DNA of 64,000 nt from an uncultured Chloroflexia bacterium (GTDB taxonomy: Bacteria > Chloroflexota > Limnocylindria > Limnocylindrales > CSP1-4): positions 1,984,001-2,048,000 of the forward strand of contig OY970218.1 of NCBI GenBank assembly GCA_963713975.1, in the 5' to 3' direction. Positions 9,512 to 19,006 of the stretch are shown one piece after another. Under the pieces are notes generated by a model. That model saw only the letters and a list, made by a program, of their open reading frames with translations. It was not told the DNA's origin and did no database searches. Within the stretch, counting starts at the first letter, position 1. Every line of letters starts with the position of its first letter. The translations under genes were made by a program, and so were the position numbers.

Positions 9512-10860
9512 GACTCCACCCCCCGCGGGGCCGTGCCCGAGGCGGCCGCCACCCCGAGCTCTCCATCGGCGGCGACCGGTGCCTCATCGTGGTCGTGGTG
9601 CTGCTTGATCCAGGGGAAGGCGAAGAAGACGTGGACGTCACCCTCACCCATGTCCAGGTACCGCTCGGCGAGCGTATAGCCCAGGGCCATGACGGCTCCG
9701 GCGCCGGCCATGATGGCCATCTCCACCGGGGTCGGGACGTAGACCGCGTAGGGGTACGAGACCGTCCCCGCCCCCGCCGTGATCGGCGCGATCTGGCCCG
9801 CCGCGACGAACAGGAATCGGTCGAGCAAGATCCCCACGAGCACGAGCACGCTTGCGGCGAACACCGGTTGAGGCCGGCGGGCGAGCGGCAGGGCGATGAG
9901 GACGGCCGGGATCACCAGGCCCCCGATCACGCGCAGCCAGAACATGGGAGCGAGCGGCCCGCCGACCAGCGCCACGGTGGCCTCGCGCAGCCCTCGGACC
10001 TCGCCACCGAGCCCGACCGCCATCTGGCGGACGAGCAGCGCCCCGACGGCGGCCAGGCCGACCGCCAGCAGGACGCGGACCGAGGGCAGGGCCACGGACG
10101 CCGCGTGCTCGAAGTCCGCCAGCCGCAGCCGGTGGACGAAGTAGAAGACGATGCCCAGGAGCGCCGTCCCCGCGAGGAAGGCCGAGGCAACCATGGTGAT
10201 CGGGGTGAACGGGCCGTCCCAGAACGCCTTCGCGCCGAGGACCCCGAACACGGCGCCCAGCGTCGCGGGGGCGAGGATCGCCACGCAGGCGGCCGCGGTA
10301 CAGGCGTACTGGTGGATCTTGGGGTGATCGGTGAACATGCTCCACACCTCGACCAGGAGCACCACCAGGTACAGGCCGTAGAACACGCCCATCCACCACA
10401 TCGGCGAGCTGGGCGACGGAACGAGCATGGCCCCGAAGACCATCCGCACCGGGTAGTGGAGATCGAGGGCGATGATCAGGAACGCGGTCGACAGCGAGAG
10501 GACCGCCAGGATCGCGTGACGCTTCTCGAACGGTCGGAATCGCTCGATCCCGAACACCGTGCCCAGCGACGAGGCCAGGCACAGGCCGCTGGTCATGATC
10601 GCGAAGAACACGTAGCCGATGATCATCAGCCCCCACTCGAAGGCGGGCGTGGTCCCGAAGACCTCCCAGCCGGGCGGGATGGCGACCACGGCGGCGACGG
10701 CGCCGACCGTGATGATCGCGAGCAGGAAGCCGAGCCACGCCTGGAGGGCGACCGGCATGCTCGAGATCTCGTGGACCAGCGCTCGAGCGGCCGGTCTCGG
10801 GGCCAGCGGCACCTGGTAGTCCAGGACGTGGAGCTCCAGCGGGTGCGTGGTGGCGTGCAT
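9508..10860 (-). CDS. nrfD: NrfD/PsrC family quinone-interacting membrane subunit
   Basis: WGLMI.GYVFF, DLHYPVR, SPSSPMWWM, GILLDR; about 10 TM; lies next to a 4Fe-4S subunit. Confidence 0.88.
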   Translation of the reverse strand: MHATTHPLELHVLDYQVPLAPRPAARALVHEISSMPVALQAWLGFLLAIITVGAVAAVVAIPPGWEVFGTTPAFEWGLMIIGYVFFAIMTSGLCLASSLGTVFGIERFRPFEKRHAILAVLSLSTAFLIIALDLHYPVRMVFGAMLVPSPSSPMWWMGVFYGLYLVVLLVEVWSMFTDHPKIHQYACTAAACVAILAPATLGAVFGVLGAKAFWDGPFTPITMVASAFLAGTALLGIVFYFVHRLRLADFEHAASVALPSVRVLLAVGLAAVGALLVRQMAVGLGGEVRGLREATVALVGGPLAPMFWLRVIGGLVIPAVLIALPLARRPQPVFAASVLVLVGILLDRFLFVAAGQIAPITAGAGTVSYPYAVYVPTPVEMAIMAGAGAVMALGYTLAERYLDMGEGDVHVFFAFPWIKQHHDHDEAPVAADGELGVAAASGTAPRGVES

Positions 10861-10864
10861 CGCG

Positions 10865-11839
10865 TCAGGCCTCCTCGGTGACCGGGCCGAGGTAGTACAC
10901 GCGGGGATCAGTGCCGTGCTCAGGGCGATACTGCTGCGGCTGCTGCTCGCGCATGATGGTCGCGATCTCGCTGTCGGGGTCCGCCGCGTCGCCGAACTTG
11001 CGGGCTCCCACCGGGCAGACCTCGACGCACGCCGGCTGCTGGCCGCGGGTGATGCGGTGATAGCACCAGGTGCACTTGTCGGCGACGCCCGGCGTGTCGT
11101 TGGGGGCAAGCTCGCCGGCCGGGACGATATAGCGGGCGCCGTAGGGGCAGGCGACGACGCAGTAGCCGCACCCGATGCACCGTCGCGCGTCCACCAGGAT
11201 CACGCCGTCCTCGGTCTTGTACGTGGCGCCGACCGGGCAGACGACGGTGCACGGCGAGTTGGCGCACTGCATGCACAGGCGTGGCATGAAGAACGAGGAC
11301 TCCACCGGCTGGCCGGCGGCGCCGGGCGCCGTGGAGTCGGCCGGGAAGCCGTCGATGCCCCCGTCGGGCGAGTCCACGTAGACGGTGCCGTCGGCCGTGG
11401 TCGTGTGGCGTTCGATCCAGGTACGGGTGTACTCGGGCTCCTTGGGGACGTGGTTCTCTTCCTTGCACGCGGCGACGCACAGCCCGCAGCCGATGCACGA
11501 TGCCGTGTCGACGACGTAGACCCACTGCTTGCCCGTCGGGTCATACGTGATCGGAGCGATCGCGGGTGCCTCGTCGGCGAACACCGGGAAGTAGCTGCCA
11601 AGGGCAGCCGCACCGACGATGCCGCCCGTCACCGCCAGGCCGAAGCCGAGGAACGCGCGGCGGCTGACGGAGGCCTCGCTGATGGCGGGCGCGAGCTCGG
11701 CGAGCGGGACGAGGTCCGCATCGCCTGGCGCCGCGGCCACCGGCTGGGGCACGGCCACCGGCTGGGGCGCGGGCGCCTCCACGGGCGCGCTATCGGAGAC
11801 GCTCTCGGGTACGTCCCGGGGCGTGGGTGCGTCGGTCAT
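10865..11839 (-). CDS. Tat-exported 4Fe-4S dicluster protein (NrfC/PsrB/DsrO-like)
   Basis: SRRAFL twin-arginine motif; CIGCGLCVAAC, CMQCANSPCTVVCP, CIGCGYCVVACP, CTWC...PACVEVCP. Confidence 0.92.
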   Translation of the reverse strand: MTDAPTPRDVPESVSDSAPVEAPAPQPVAVPQPVAAAPGDADLVPLAELAPAISEASVSRRAFLGFGLAVTGGIVGAAALGSYFPVFADEAPAIAPITYDPTGKQWVYVVDTASCIGCGLCVAACKEENHVPKEPEYTRTWIERHTTTADGTVYVDSPDGGIDGFPADSTAPGAAGQPVESSFFMPRLCMQCANSPCTVVCPVGATYKTEDGVILVDARRCIGCGYCVVACPYGARYIVPAGELAPNDTPGVADKCTWCYHRITRGQQPACVEVCPVGARKFGDAADPDSEIATIMREQQPQQYRPEHGTDPRVYYLGPVTEEA

Positions 11840-12534
11840 CCGGACACCTGGCTGTCTTCGGGCGCCAGGACAGGCCCGCGACCGGCGGCGTGGCACTCGA
11901 GGCATCGCTGATCGTCCTCGGAGCCGGCCGGGTGGCGCTGGTTGCGAGCCTTGAACCCCTCGGGACCGTGGCAGGTCAGGCAGGGCGGCAGGTCCTCGAG
12001 CGGGTGCAGCACCACGGGCGGCCGGTTGGCCGTGCCGGCATGCGGCTCGTGGCACTCGAGACAGGAGGACACGTAGTGCTGGGCCGGCACGATCTGCCGG
12101 ATCGCCTCGGGCCTGCCCGTCGCCTGGGTGTGGCAGCGGACGCAGACCTCATCAGTCGGAACGCGCACCTTGACCGACTCGGCGGTGGTGCCCTCGCCGG
12201 CCTCCACGTGCTCGGCCAGCGCACCGTGACAGCTCTGGCAGCCGATGCCCTCGTGGGCGGTCGAGACCAGGCGGATCTGCTCCGTACCGTGGCAGGCGCC
12301 GCAAACGGACGAGCTCGCGTAGGACAGCGGCTGGGCTGCCCACTGCCTGGCGTTGGTGTCGGTGTTGACCGAGTAGTCGAGGTAGGGGTTCCACGCGATC
12401 GCCGCCCCCGCGAACAGCGCGAGCGAGATGGCGGCGCCGCCGGCCACGATGGCAGCGGCAGCCAGGTACCCCCCCCGCCGGGTGCGCGGCCTGACGGAGT
12501 CCCAGATGCGGCGGAGACGCATGGTGATGCTCAC
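11836..12534 (-). CDS. Membrane-anchored hexaheme cytochrome c
   Basis: N-terminal TM; CGACH, CQSCH, CVRCH, CLECH, CLTCH, CLECH. Confidence 0.88.
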   Translation of the reverse strand: MSITMRLRRIWDSVRPRTRRGGYLAAAAIVAGGAAISLALFAGAAIAWNPYLDYSVNTDTNARQWAAQPLSYASSSVCGACHGTEQIRLVSTAHEGIGCQSCHGALAEHVEAGEGTTAESVKVRVPTDEVCVRCHTQATGRPEAIRQIVPAQHYVSSCLECHEPHAGTANRPPVVLHPLEDLPPCLTCHGPEGFKARNQRHPAGSEDDQRCLECHAAGRGPVLAPEDSQVSG

Positions 12535-13247
12535 AGCGTCGATGGGTTCAGGAGGCCGCGCCGGACGGTGTAGCGCAGGAGCTCGACGCGATCGTGCAGG
12601 CCGAGCTTCTCCATGACGTTGGCGCGGTTGTAGTGGACGGTCTGCTCGGACAGCTGCAGCGTCCGCGCGATGTCGCGCGTCGTGTGGCCGAGTGCGGCCA
12701 TCAGGAGGACCTGGCGCTCGCGCTCGCTCAGCGCCTCGTAGGGGTCGTCGAGCGCCGCGTCGGGGCTGCGACGGACGTACGTGTCCACCATGCGGGTGAC
12801 GATGGCGGGACTCACCCAGGTGTGACCGGCGGCCACGCTCCGCACGGCACCCACGAGGTCGTCCTGCTGGGCCTCGCGGGTGAGGAAGCCGTTGGCGCCG
12901 GCCTTGAGCGCGATCGAGAACTGCTCCGTTGCGCAGCGGCAGTCAAGGGCGATGATCTTGGTGTCGGGACAGGCGGCGTGGATCGCCTCGATCACGTCGT
13001 AGGTGCCGCACGCGAAGCCGCCCGCGCTCTCGCACTCCAGGACGATCACGTCGGGGCTGACTGCCCGGGCCTCTTCAGCGATCGCCTCGCGATCCCGAAC
13101 CTCGCCGATGACGCGCATGTCGGGCTCGCGGTCGATGACCGACCGGAGGGCCGAGCTCAGCATCGGGAAGTCGACGACCGCGAGCATCACGCCCAGGCGG
13201 GTGGCATCGGTGGCGCCATCGGACTTCGGCTCGCGCATGGTGGCCAT
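12531..13247 (-). CDS. NarL/LuxR family response regulator with an atypical receiver domain
   Basis: Receiver-like N-terminus; C-terminal LSERERQVL...IA..L.LSEQTV...RANVMEKLG HTH. Confidence 0.88.
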   Translation of the reverse strand: MATMREPKSDGATDATRLGVMLAVVDFPMLSSALRSVIDREPDMRVIGEVRDREAIAEEARAVSPDVIVLECESAGGFACGTYDVIEAIHAACPDTKIIALDCRCATEQFSIALKAGANGFLTREAQQDDLVGAVRSVAAGHTWVSPAIVTRMVDTYVRRSPDAALDDPYEALSERERQVLLMAALGHTTRDIARTLQLSEQTVHYNRANVMEKLGLHDRVELLRYTVRRGLLNPSTL

Positions 13248-13258
13248 CGGATGCAGCG

Positions 13259-13597
13259 TCAGTGGGCCTGGGGCCCGGCGTCGGTGTCCTGATGCCGGTT
13301 GCGGACGACGTATGCCCACCCGAACGGCATCGCGATCATGAACACCGCCACCGCGCCGGCGGCCAGGATCGTGGCCTGCGACCCGAAGGTGAAGTAGACG
13401 AGGTTGAGGACCACGAACGCCACCGCGGACCCGCACCACAGCGTCAGGGTGACAAGACCCAGCCAGGCCGCGATCCGCGCGCCACGGCCGCCCTTCGAGC
13501 CCAGGGCAAACCACACGACGAGGGCGACGATCCCCTCAACCAGGAACAACATCGGCACGATGAGCGCAATGCTCTCCGTGAGTTCGTTGATCTGCAT
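13259..13597 (-). CDS. Small membrane protein (3 TM), first gene of the cytochrome operon
   Basis: Hydrophobic ORF, GGGAG RBS, stops 11 nt before the regulator start. Confidence 0.65.
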   Translation of the reverse strand: MQINELTESIALIVPMLFLVEGIVALVVWFALGSKGGRGARIAAWLGLVTLTLWCGSAVAFVVLNLVYFTFGSQATILAAGAVAVFMIAMPFGWAYVVRNRHQDTDAGPQAH

Positions 13598-13761
13598 TTT
13601 CGAGTGCTCCCGCCGTCCATCGGCTGCCACTTGCAGTCGATGAGGCCATCGTCGGTGACTTGTCCGGCATTCGGCAGATCGCCTCGGCGAGCAGATTCGC
13701 CTCCGGGTGTGCCCAACTGACCCCACGACCATCAGGTGGGATACCAACGCAGGTCGGAATC

Positions 13762-13777
13762 GGCAACGGCCGTTGCC
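13762..13777. promoter_or_regulatory. Perfect 16-bp palindrome (operator or mtnA terminator)
   Basis: GGCAACGGCCGTTGCC between the mtnA stop and the cytochrome operon. Confidence 0.4.
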
Positions 13778-13798
13778 TGTACCCCTGACGCGCGTTGC

Positions 13799-14809
13799 CT
13801 ATGCTTGCGTCCGGACGGGAACCTCGCCGTGGTCGGTCCGGATCACTCGACTGTCGGTGACGATCGCGGTGATCAGGCCGGCCGGCGTCACGTCGAAGGC
13901 GGGGTTCAGCGTGCGGGTCCCGCCCGGCGCGATGCGGACTCCGCGGACCGAGGTGACCTCCTCGGGCGCTCGCTCCTCGATCTCGATACCGGCCCCATCC
14001 GATGTCGCGGGGTCGATGGTGGTCTCCGGTGCCACCACGATGAACGGGACTCCGGCGTGGTTGGCCGCGAGCGCGAGGGCGAGGCTGCCGACCTTGTTCG
14101 CCGTGTCGCCGTTCGCGGTGATCCGATCCGCTCCGATGAGCACGGCGTCGGCGAAGCCGCGCGCCAGGACGGACGCGGCCGCACCGTCGACGAGCAGGCG
14201 GAACGGGGCGCCCATCCGGACCAGCTCCCACGCGGTCAGCCGGGCGCCCTGGAGTAGTGGCCGCGTCTCCAGCGCGAGCACCTCCTCCAGGATTCCGCGT
14301 GCGTGCAGCTCGCCGACCACGCCCAGGGCCGTGCCGCGCTCGACCGCGGCCAGCGCCCCGGTGTTGCAGATCGTCATCACGCGCGCGTGCGGGCGCGCCA
14401 CCAGCGACCGGACGAGATCGGCACCGCGAGTCGCCATGGCCGTGCAGGCTGCGATGTCCTCGTCCCGGATCGCCAGGGCTTCGGCAAGCACGGCGCCCCG
14501 CCCCTCGTCCAGTCGGGCAAGGACGCGGTCGGTGCCCCAGGCCAGGTTGACGGCGGTCGGTCGGGCGGCACGCAGCCGGGCAGCTCCCTCGCGCACGGCC
14601 GCCGGATCGGTCGGGTGGAGGCCTGCCAGGAGGGCGACGCCCATGCCGCCAGCGACGCCGAGCGCGGGAGCGCCCCGGACGGCAAGGCTGGCAATGGCGG
14701 CGACCAGGTCGTCCAGCGTGGCGATCCGGAGCACGACGAACTCGTCCGGGAGGCGCGTCTGGTCGATGAGGTGGATCTCGCCGGCCACCCAGTCGATGGT
14801 GCGGTTCAC
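13799..14809 (-). CDS. mtnA: S-methyl-5-thioribose-1-phosphate isomerase
   Basis: IDQTRLP, VRGAPALG, ARPTAVNL, TICNTGALA, ETRPLLQGARLTAWEL, GADRI..NGDTANKVG, NPAFDVTP. Confidence 0.95.
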   Translation of the reverse strand: MNRTIDWVAGEIHLIDQTRLPDEFVVLRIATLDDLVAAIASLAVRGAPALGVAGGMGVALLAGLHPTDPAAVREGAARLRAARPTAVNLAWGTDRVLARLDEGRGAVLAEALAIRDEDIAACTAMATRGADLVRSLVARPHARVMTICNTGALAAVERGTALGVVGELHARGILEEVLALETRPLLQGARLTAWELVRMGAPFRLLVDGAAASVLARGFADAVLIGADRITANGDTANKVGSLALALAANHAGVPFIVVAPETTIDPATSDGAGIEIEERAPEEVTSVRGVRIAPGGTRTLNPAFDVTPAGLITAIVTDSRVIRTDHGEVPVRTQA

Positions 14810-14965
14810 TCGGCCATCTTCGCAGGTGCGACACAGGGCTGAGCCCTTCGGCCCCCATGCGTCGGTCGCTTTGGCCGTCGGGTGATGGGGCAATCGCGCG
14901 AAGAATGGCGGGGAGCGTCCATCCCTTCGCCGTCCGCCGGCGATCCGACCGAGGGTCCAGCAGCC

Positions 14966-17563
14966 ATGTCCGTCGATGCGTCCACCGGGCGTGCGCCCGA
15001 ACCGTTCCGTCCGCTGCCCCCGATGACTGCGAGCGCCGCCCGGACCGAGGCGGAGCGATGTCTCTACTGCCACGATGCGGCGTGCACGCGCGCGTGCCCG
15101 ACGTCCATCGACGTCGCCTCCTTCATCCGCAAGATCGCGACCGACAACCTCGAGGGCAGCGCCCGGACGATCCTGGCCGCCAACCCGCTCGGCGCCACCT
15201 GCGGGGCCGCGTGTCCCGTGGAGCGCCTGTGCGAGGGCGCATGCGTGCGCAACGAGATGGATCACCCGATCGCCATCGGACGCCTGCAGCGCCACGCCGT
15301 GGAGTCGTACGCGGCGGCGGGGCACGCGTTCTTCGTGCCCGGCGATGAGGCCGGTGTGAGTGCCGCGATCATCGGCGCCGGGCCGGCGGGCCTGGCCTGT
15401 GCGGCGGAGCTCCGCAAGGCCGGGGTCGGGGTGACGCTCTACGACGCGAAGCCGCGAGCGGGTGGCCTCGGCGACCATGGCATCGTGCCCTGGCGCCTGC
15501 CGCGGGAACTGGTCGAGCTCGAGGTCGCCGAGATCGAGCGCGCCGGCGCACAGCTCGTGCTGGGCACGACCGTTGGGCGGGACGTGGAGGCCGAGGCGCT
15601 GGTCGCCGGGAACGACGCGGTCGTGCTGGCGGTGGGCCTGGGTCACGGGCGGCGCCTGGGGATCCCCGGCGAGGACCAGGATGGTGTCGTCGACGCGCTG
15701 ACGCTCATCGGGCAGGCCATCGATGGTGAGGCGCCGGACACCCTGTCCGGCCGGCGTGTGGGCGTGATCGGCGGTGGCAGCACGGCGTTCGATGCCGCGG
15801 CCGCGGCGGTGCGGCTGGGTGCGTCCGAGGTGACCCTGTTCTACCGGCGGAGCGCCGCCGAGAGCCCGGCCTATCCGCACGCCATCGCCCTGGCTCGATC
15901 GCTGGGCGTCGTGGTTCGCTGGCTGGCCTCACCCGTGGAGATCCTGGGTGACGGCCGCGTCTGCGGGGCGACGTTCGAGACGATGACGCTTGGCGAGCCG
16001 GATGCGTCGGGCCGCCGCCGGCCCATTCCGGTCGAGGGATCCAGGCTCGAGGTCGCGCTGGACGTCGTCGTCCGGGCGGTCGGCCAGGATGGTCCCGCGG
16101 CGATGAGCGGCCTGCTCGCGTCGCTCGACGTGGTCGTCCGCGACGGGGTCGCGGCCGCCGATCCGGCCACCGGCCGGACCTCGAACGCCAAGATCTGGGC
16201 GATCGGCGACATCACCAGCGGTGGCGCGGAGGTCGTCAACGCGGTCCAGGCCGGCAAGCTGGCCGCCCGCTCGATCGTGGACGCGCTCGGCCTCGGCGGG
16301 TCGCGCATCGTTCCGGTCAACCCGGCCAACGCCACCGTCCCGGGCGTGGACCTGTTCACGGACATGGCCGGCATCCGCAGCCCGAACCCTTTCTGGCTGG
16401 CCAGCTGCCCGATCAGCAACAACGCCGAGATGGTCATGCGGGCATTCGACGAGGGCTGGGGCGGCGCCGTCTGGAAGACCGTCGGCGAGCCGATCCGCAA
16501 CGTCACGGCCCGGCTCGGCACCTTCGACTACCACGGCCGCAGGGTGGTCGGCATCAACAATATCGAGCTCATCAGCGACCGCCCGACCGACGTCAACATC
16601 GCGGAGATCCGGGAGGTCAAGAAGCGCTATCCCAACAACGCCGTCGTGATCAGCCTCATGGTCGAGGCGAAGCGTGAGGCGTGGCACGAGATCCTGGCCA
16701 AGTGCAACGACACGGGCGCCGATGGCTACGAGCTCAACTTCGGCTGTCCCCACGGGATGAGCGAGCGCGGCATGGGCGCGGCCGTCGGGCAGGTTCCCGA
16801 CTACGTCCAGATGATCACCGAGTGGGTGATGGAGAAGGCCGAGATGCCCGTCTTGGTCAAGCTCACGCCCAACGTCACCGACATCCGCTTCCCGGCGAGG
16901 GCGGCTCGAGCGGCCAACGCCGACGGAGTGGCCCTGATCAACACGATCAGCTCGCTGGTGGGCATCAACCTCGACAGCTGGGCGCCGCTGCCCGACGTCC
17001 GGGGCAAGGGATCGCACGGCGGCTACGCCGGTCCGGCGGTCAAGCCCATCGCGCTCAACATGGTCTCCCAGGTGGCAGCCGACCCCGAGGTCCGGCTCCC
17101 GGTCTCGGGGATCGGTGGCATCGAGACCTGGCGTGATGCCGTGGACTTCCTCCTGGTGGGTGCGACGACCGTGCAAGTCGGCACCAGCGTCATGCACTAC
17201 GGGTTCCGGTTGATCGACGACCTGGTGGACGGCCTCTCGACGTACCTCCGCGCGAAGGGCCTCCACAGCCCGTCGGAGCTCGTTGGCAAGGCGCTGCCGA
17301 CGATCACCGACTGGGGGCACCTGGACCAGGAGTTCCGGCTGCTCGCGAAGATCGACCAGGATCTCTGCGTCCACTGCAACCTGTGCTACACGGCCTGCAA
17401 CGACGGTGCCCACCAGGCGATCCGCTTCGAGGATGCCGGCGGGACGACGCGGCTGATGGTCGAGGACGACTACTGCGTCGGCTGCAAGCTCTGCCAGTAC
17501 GTGTGCCCGGTCGAGGACTGCATCACGTTCGAGGAGCTGGAGGGCGCCGCCTCCATCCACTGA
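14966..17563 (+). CDS. preT-preA: Dihydropyrimidine dehydrogenase, fused PreT + PreA
   Basis: N-half: EAERCLYC....C...CP, GAGPAGL, GGGSTAFD. C-half: NPFWLAS, ELNFGCPHGMSERGMG, KLTPNVTDI, GPAVKPIAL and two C-terminal 4Fe-4S motifs. One uninterrupted ORF. Confidence 0.93.
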   Translation: MSVDASTGRAPEPFRPLPPMTASAARTEAERCLYCHDAACTRACPTSIDVASFIRKIATDNLEGSARTILAANPLGATCGAACPVERLCEGACVRNEMDHPIAIGRLQRHAVESYAAAGHAFFVPGDEAGVSAAIIGAGPAGLACAAELRKAGVGVTLYDAKPRAGGLGDHGIVPWRLPRELVELEVAEIERAGAQLVLGTTVGRDVEAEALVAGNDAVVLAVGLGHGRRLGIPGEDQDGVVDALTLIGQAIDGEAPDTLSGRRVGVIGGGSTAFDAAAAAVRLGASEVTLFYRRSAAESPAYPHAIALARSLGVVVRWLASPVEILGDGRVCGATFETMTLGEPDASGRRRPIPVEGSRLEVALDVVVRAVGQDGPAAMSGLLASLDVVVRDGVAAADPATGRTSNAKIWAIGDITSGGAEVVNAVQAGKLAARSIVDALGLGGSRIVPVNPANATVPGVDLFTDMAGIRSPNPFWLASCPISNNAEMVMRAFDEGWGGAVWKTVGEPIRNVTARLGTFDYHGRRVVGINNIELISDRPTDVNIAEIREVKKRYPNNAVVISLMVEAKREAWHEILAKCNDTGADGYELNFGCPHGMSERGMGAAVGQVPDYVQMITEWVMEKAEMPVLVKLTPNVTDIRFPARAARAANADGVALINTISSLVGINLDSWAPLPDVRGKGSHGGYAGPAVKPIALNMVSQVAADPEVRLPVSGIGGIETWRDAVDFLLVGATTVQVGTSVMHYGFRLIDDLVDGLSTYLRAKGLHSPSELVGKALPTITDWGHLDQEFRLLAKIDQDLCVHCNLCYTACNDGAHQAIRFEDAGGTTRLMVEDDYCVGCKLCQYVCPVEDCITFEELEGAASIH

Positions 17564-17775
17564 GCGGGCGATGGGGGGCGCCCCGGGTCACGGCTTGCCG
17601 CAACGTTGCAGGCGATTGCGATGCGTCCTGCACGGTCCGGACCTTGGTCCGGCGGGCCGCGGATGACATTCTCAGCACGCCATCCCAACCGGTTGGCGCG
17701 GGCCGGCTGCCGTTACCCCGAGCGGCGGCCGGCCTTCTGCGTTGCATTGTCGATGCAGGGCGTGGGTCCGATGGA

Positions 17776-18006
17776 CTAGCGGCGCGTCAGCTCGCGGATG
17801 TTGTCCAGGAGGATAAACACACCCAGGGCGCCCAGGCTCAGGAGCACCAGCTCCCGCGCGTAGTAGGAGCCGAGCAGCACCGCCGACACGACCGCGAGCC
17901 CCACCGTGACCCGGAGCAGGAGCGTCTCGACGTTGCGCTGGGCGAACGACTCGATCGCCAGGTAGCCGACCACCAGCAGCGCCACGGTGGGTCCGACCTT
18001 CAACAC
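17776..18006 (-). CDS. Small hypothetical membrane protein
   Basis: 76-aa hydrophobic ORF downstream of the lipid kinase. Confidence 0.5.
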   Translation of the reverse strand: MLKVGPTVALLVVGYLAIESFAQRNVETLLLRVTVGLAVVSAVLLGSYYARELVLLSLGALGVFILLDNIRELTRR

Positions 18007-18030
18007 CTGGAGCCGGCCGCCGCGGCCGAG

Positions 18031-18999
18031 TCACCGGCCGTGGGGGCGGGACGCGGGCCGGATGACGGCCAGTGCGCCGGGGAGGAGCGTCGCATCGAGC
18101 GTCGCGGGCGGGAACGCGTCGCCGTCGACCTGGATCGGGCCTGCGGGGGCCACCTCGACCTGCACGGAGGTTCCTGCAAGGCGGATCGCCGCCCCCGAGG
18201 GTGAGATACCCGCGGCCTCGGCCGTCATCAGCTCCAGCACCCCCCGGATGCCGCCGACGATCCCGCCCCTGGGCAGCACGAAGACATGGAGCCTGCCGTC
18301 GTCCGGCTCGATGGGCAGGCGGGGGCGCAGGACTCCCGGGATCGGCTCGCCGCAGTTGGCGACCAGGACGACCACGGATTCGAGCTCGGTGCGCACGCCG
18401 TCGACGGTGAGGATGGTCGGCTGCGGCGCGAGGTGTCCGAGCAGGCGGCTGGCCGACAGGAAGTAGGCCGCGACCCCGTAGCGGCGCTTCGACTCCCGCG
18501 ACGTCGCCGCGATGAGCCTCGCGTCAAGCCCGGTGCCGCAGGCGGCCACGAACGCCATCGGCTCCTCCGCCGAAGCCGTCGCGCCAGCGAGTGCCGACGA
18601 CGCTGCGAGCCGGACCACGCCCAGGTCGTGTGGAGCGGGCCTGCCGGTCCGGATCGCGGCCACCGCGTCGTCGAGGCCCCGGGGTATCCCGATCGCGGTG
18701 GCGTACAGGTTGCCCGTGCCGCACGGGACGATCCCGATTGCGATCCCCGTGCTGGCGAGCGGCGCCGAGGCGTCGCGCACCGTCCCGTCACCGCCGGCCA
18801 GCACCACGAGCCCGCAGCCGGCCCGGACCGCCGCCTCGCTCGCGGCCCGGATCGTTGCCGGATCGCCCGCCTCCATGACCTCGACCTCGCTGGCGCCACG
18901 GTCCCTCATGGCGGCGACGGCGGCGCTCGTGACCCGGGCACGGACCCGTGCGTCCCGGACCCGTGAGGCGAAGGGGCTGACGATCAGGGTGGCGAGCAT
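18031..18999 (-). CDS. Diacylglycerol/lipid kinase family protein
   Basis: AGGDGT, GIVPCGTGN, G.GLDA, DDGRL, QVDGD. Confidence 0.9.
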   Translation of the reverse strand: MLATLIVSPFASRVRDARVRARVTSAAVAAMRDRGASEVEVMEAGDPATIRAASEAAVRAGCGLVVLAGGDGTVRDASAPLASTGIAIGIVPCGTGNLYATAIGIPRGLDDAVAAIRTGRPAPHDLGVVRLAASSALAGATASAEEPMAFVAACGTGLDARLIAATSRESKRRYGVAAYFLSASRLLGHLAPQPTILTVDGVRTELESVVVLVANCGEPIPGVLRPRLPIEPDDGRLHVFVLPRGGIVGGIRGVLELMTAEAAGISPSGAAIRLAGTSVQVEVAPAGPIQVDGDAFPPATLDATLLPGALAVIRPASRPHGR

Positions 19000-19006
19000 G
19001 GCGCCG

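Noticed and set aside
8843-12534. Nrf nitrite reductase or polysulfide reductase call
   Set aside because: No CxxCK catalytic heme and no molybdopterin subunit.
17600-17696. Palindromes GCAACGTTGC and CCAACCGGTTGG
   Set aside because: They lie between convergent genes with no promoter to control; probably chance or relic.
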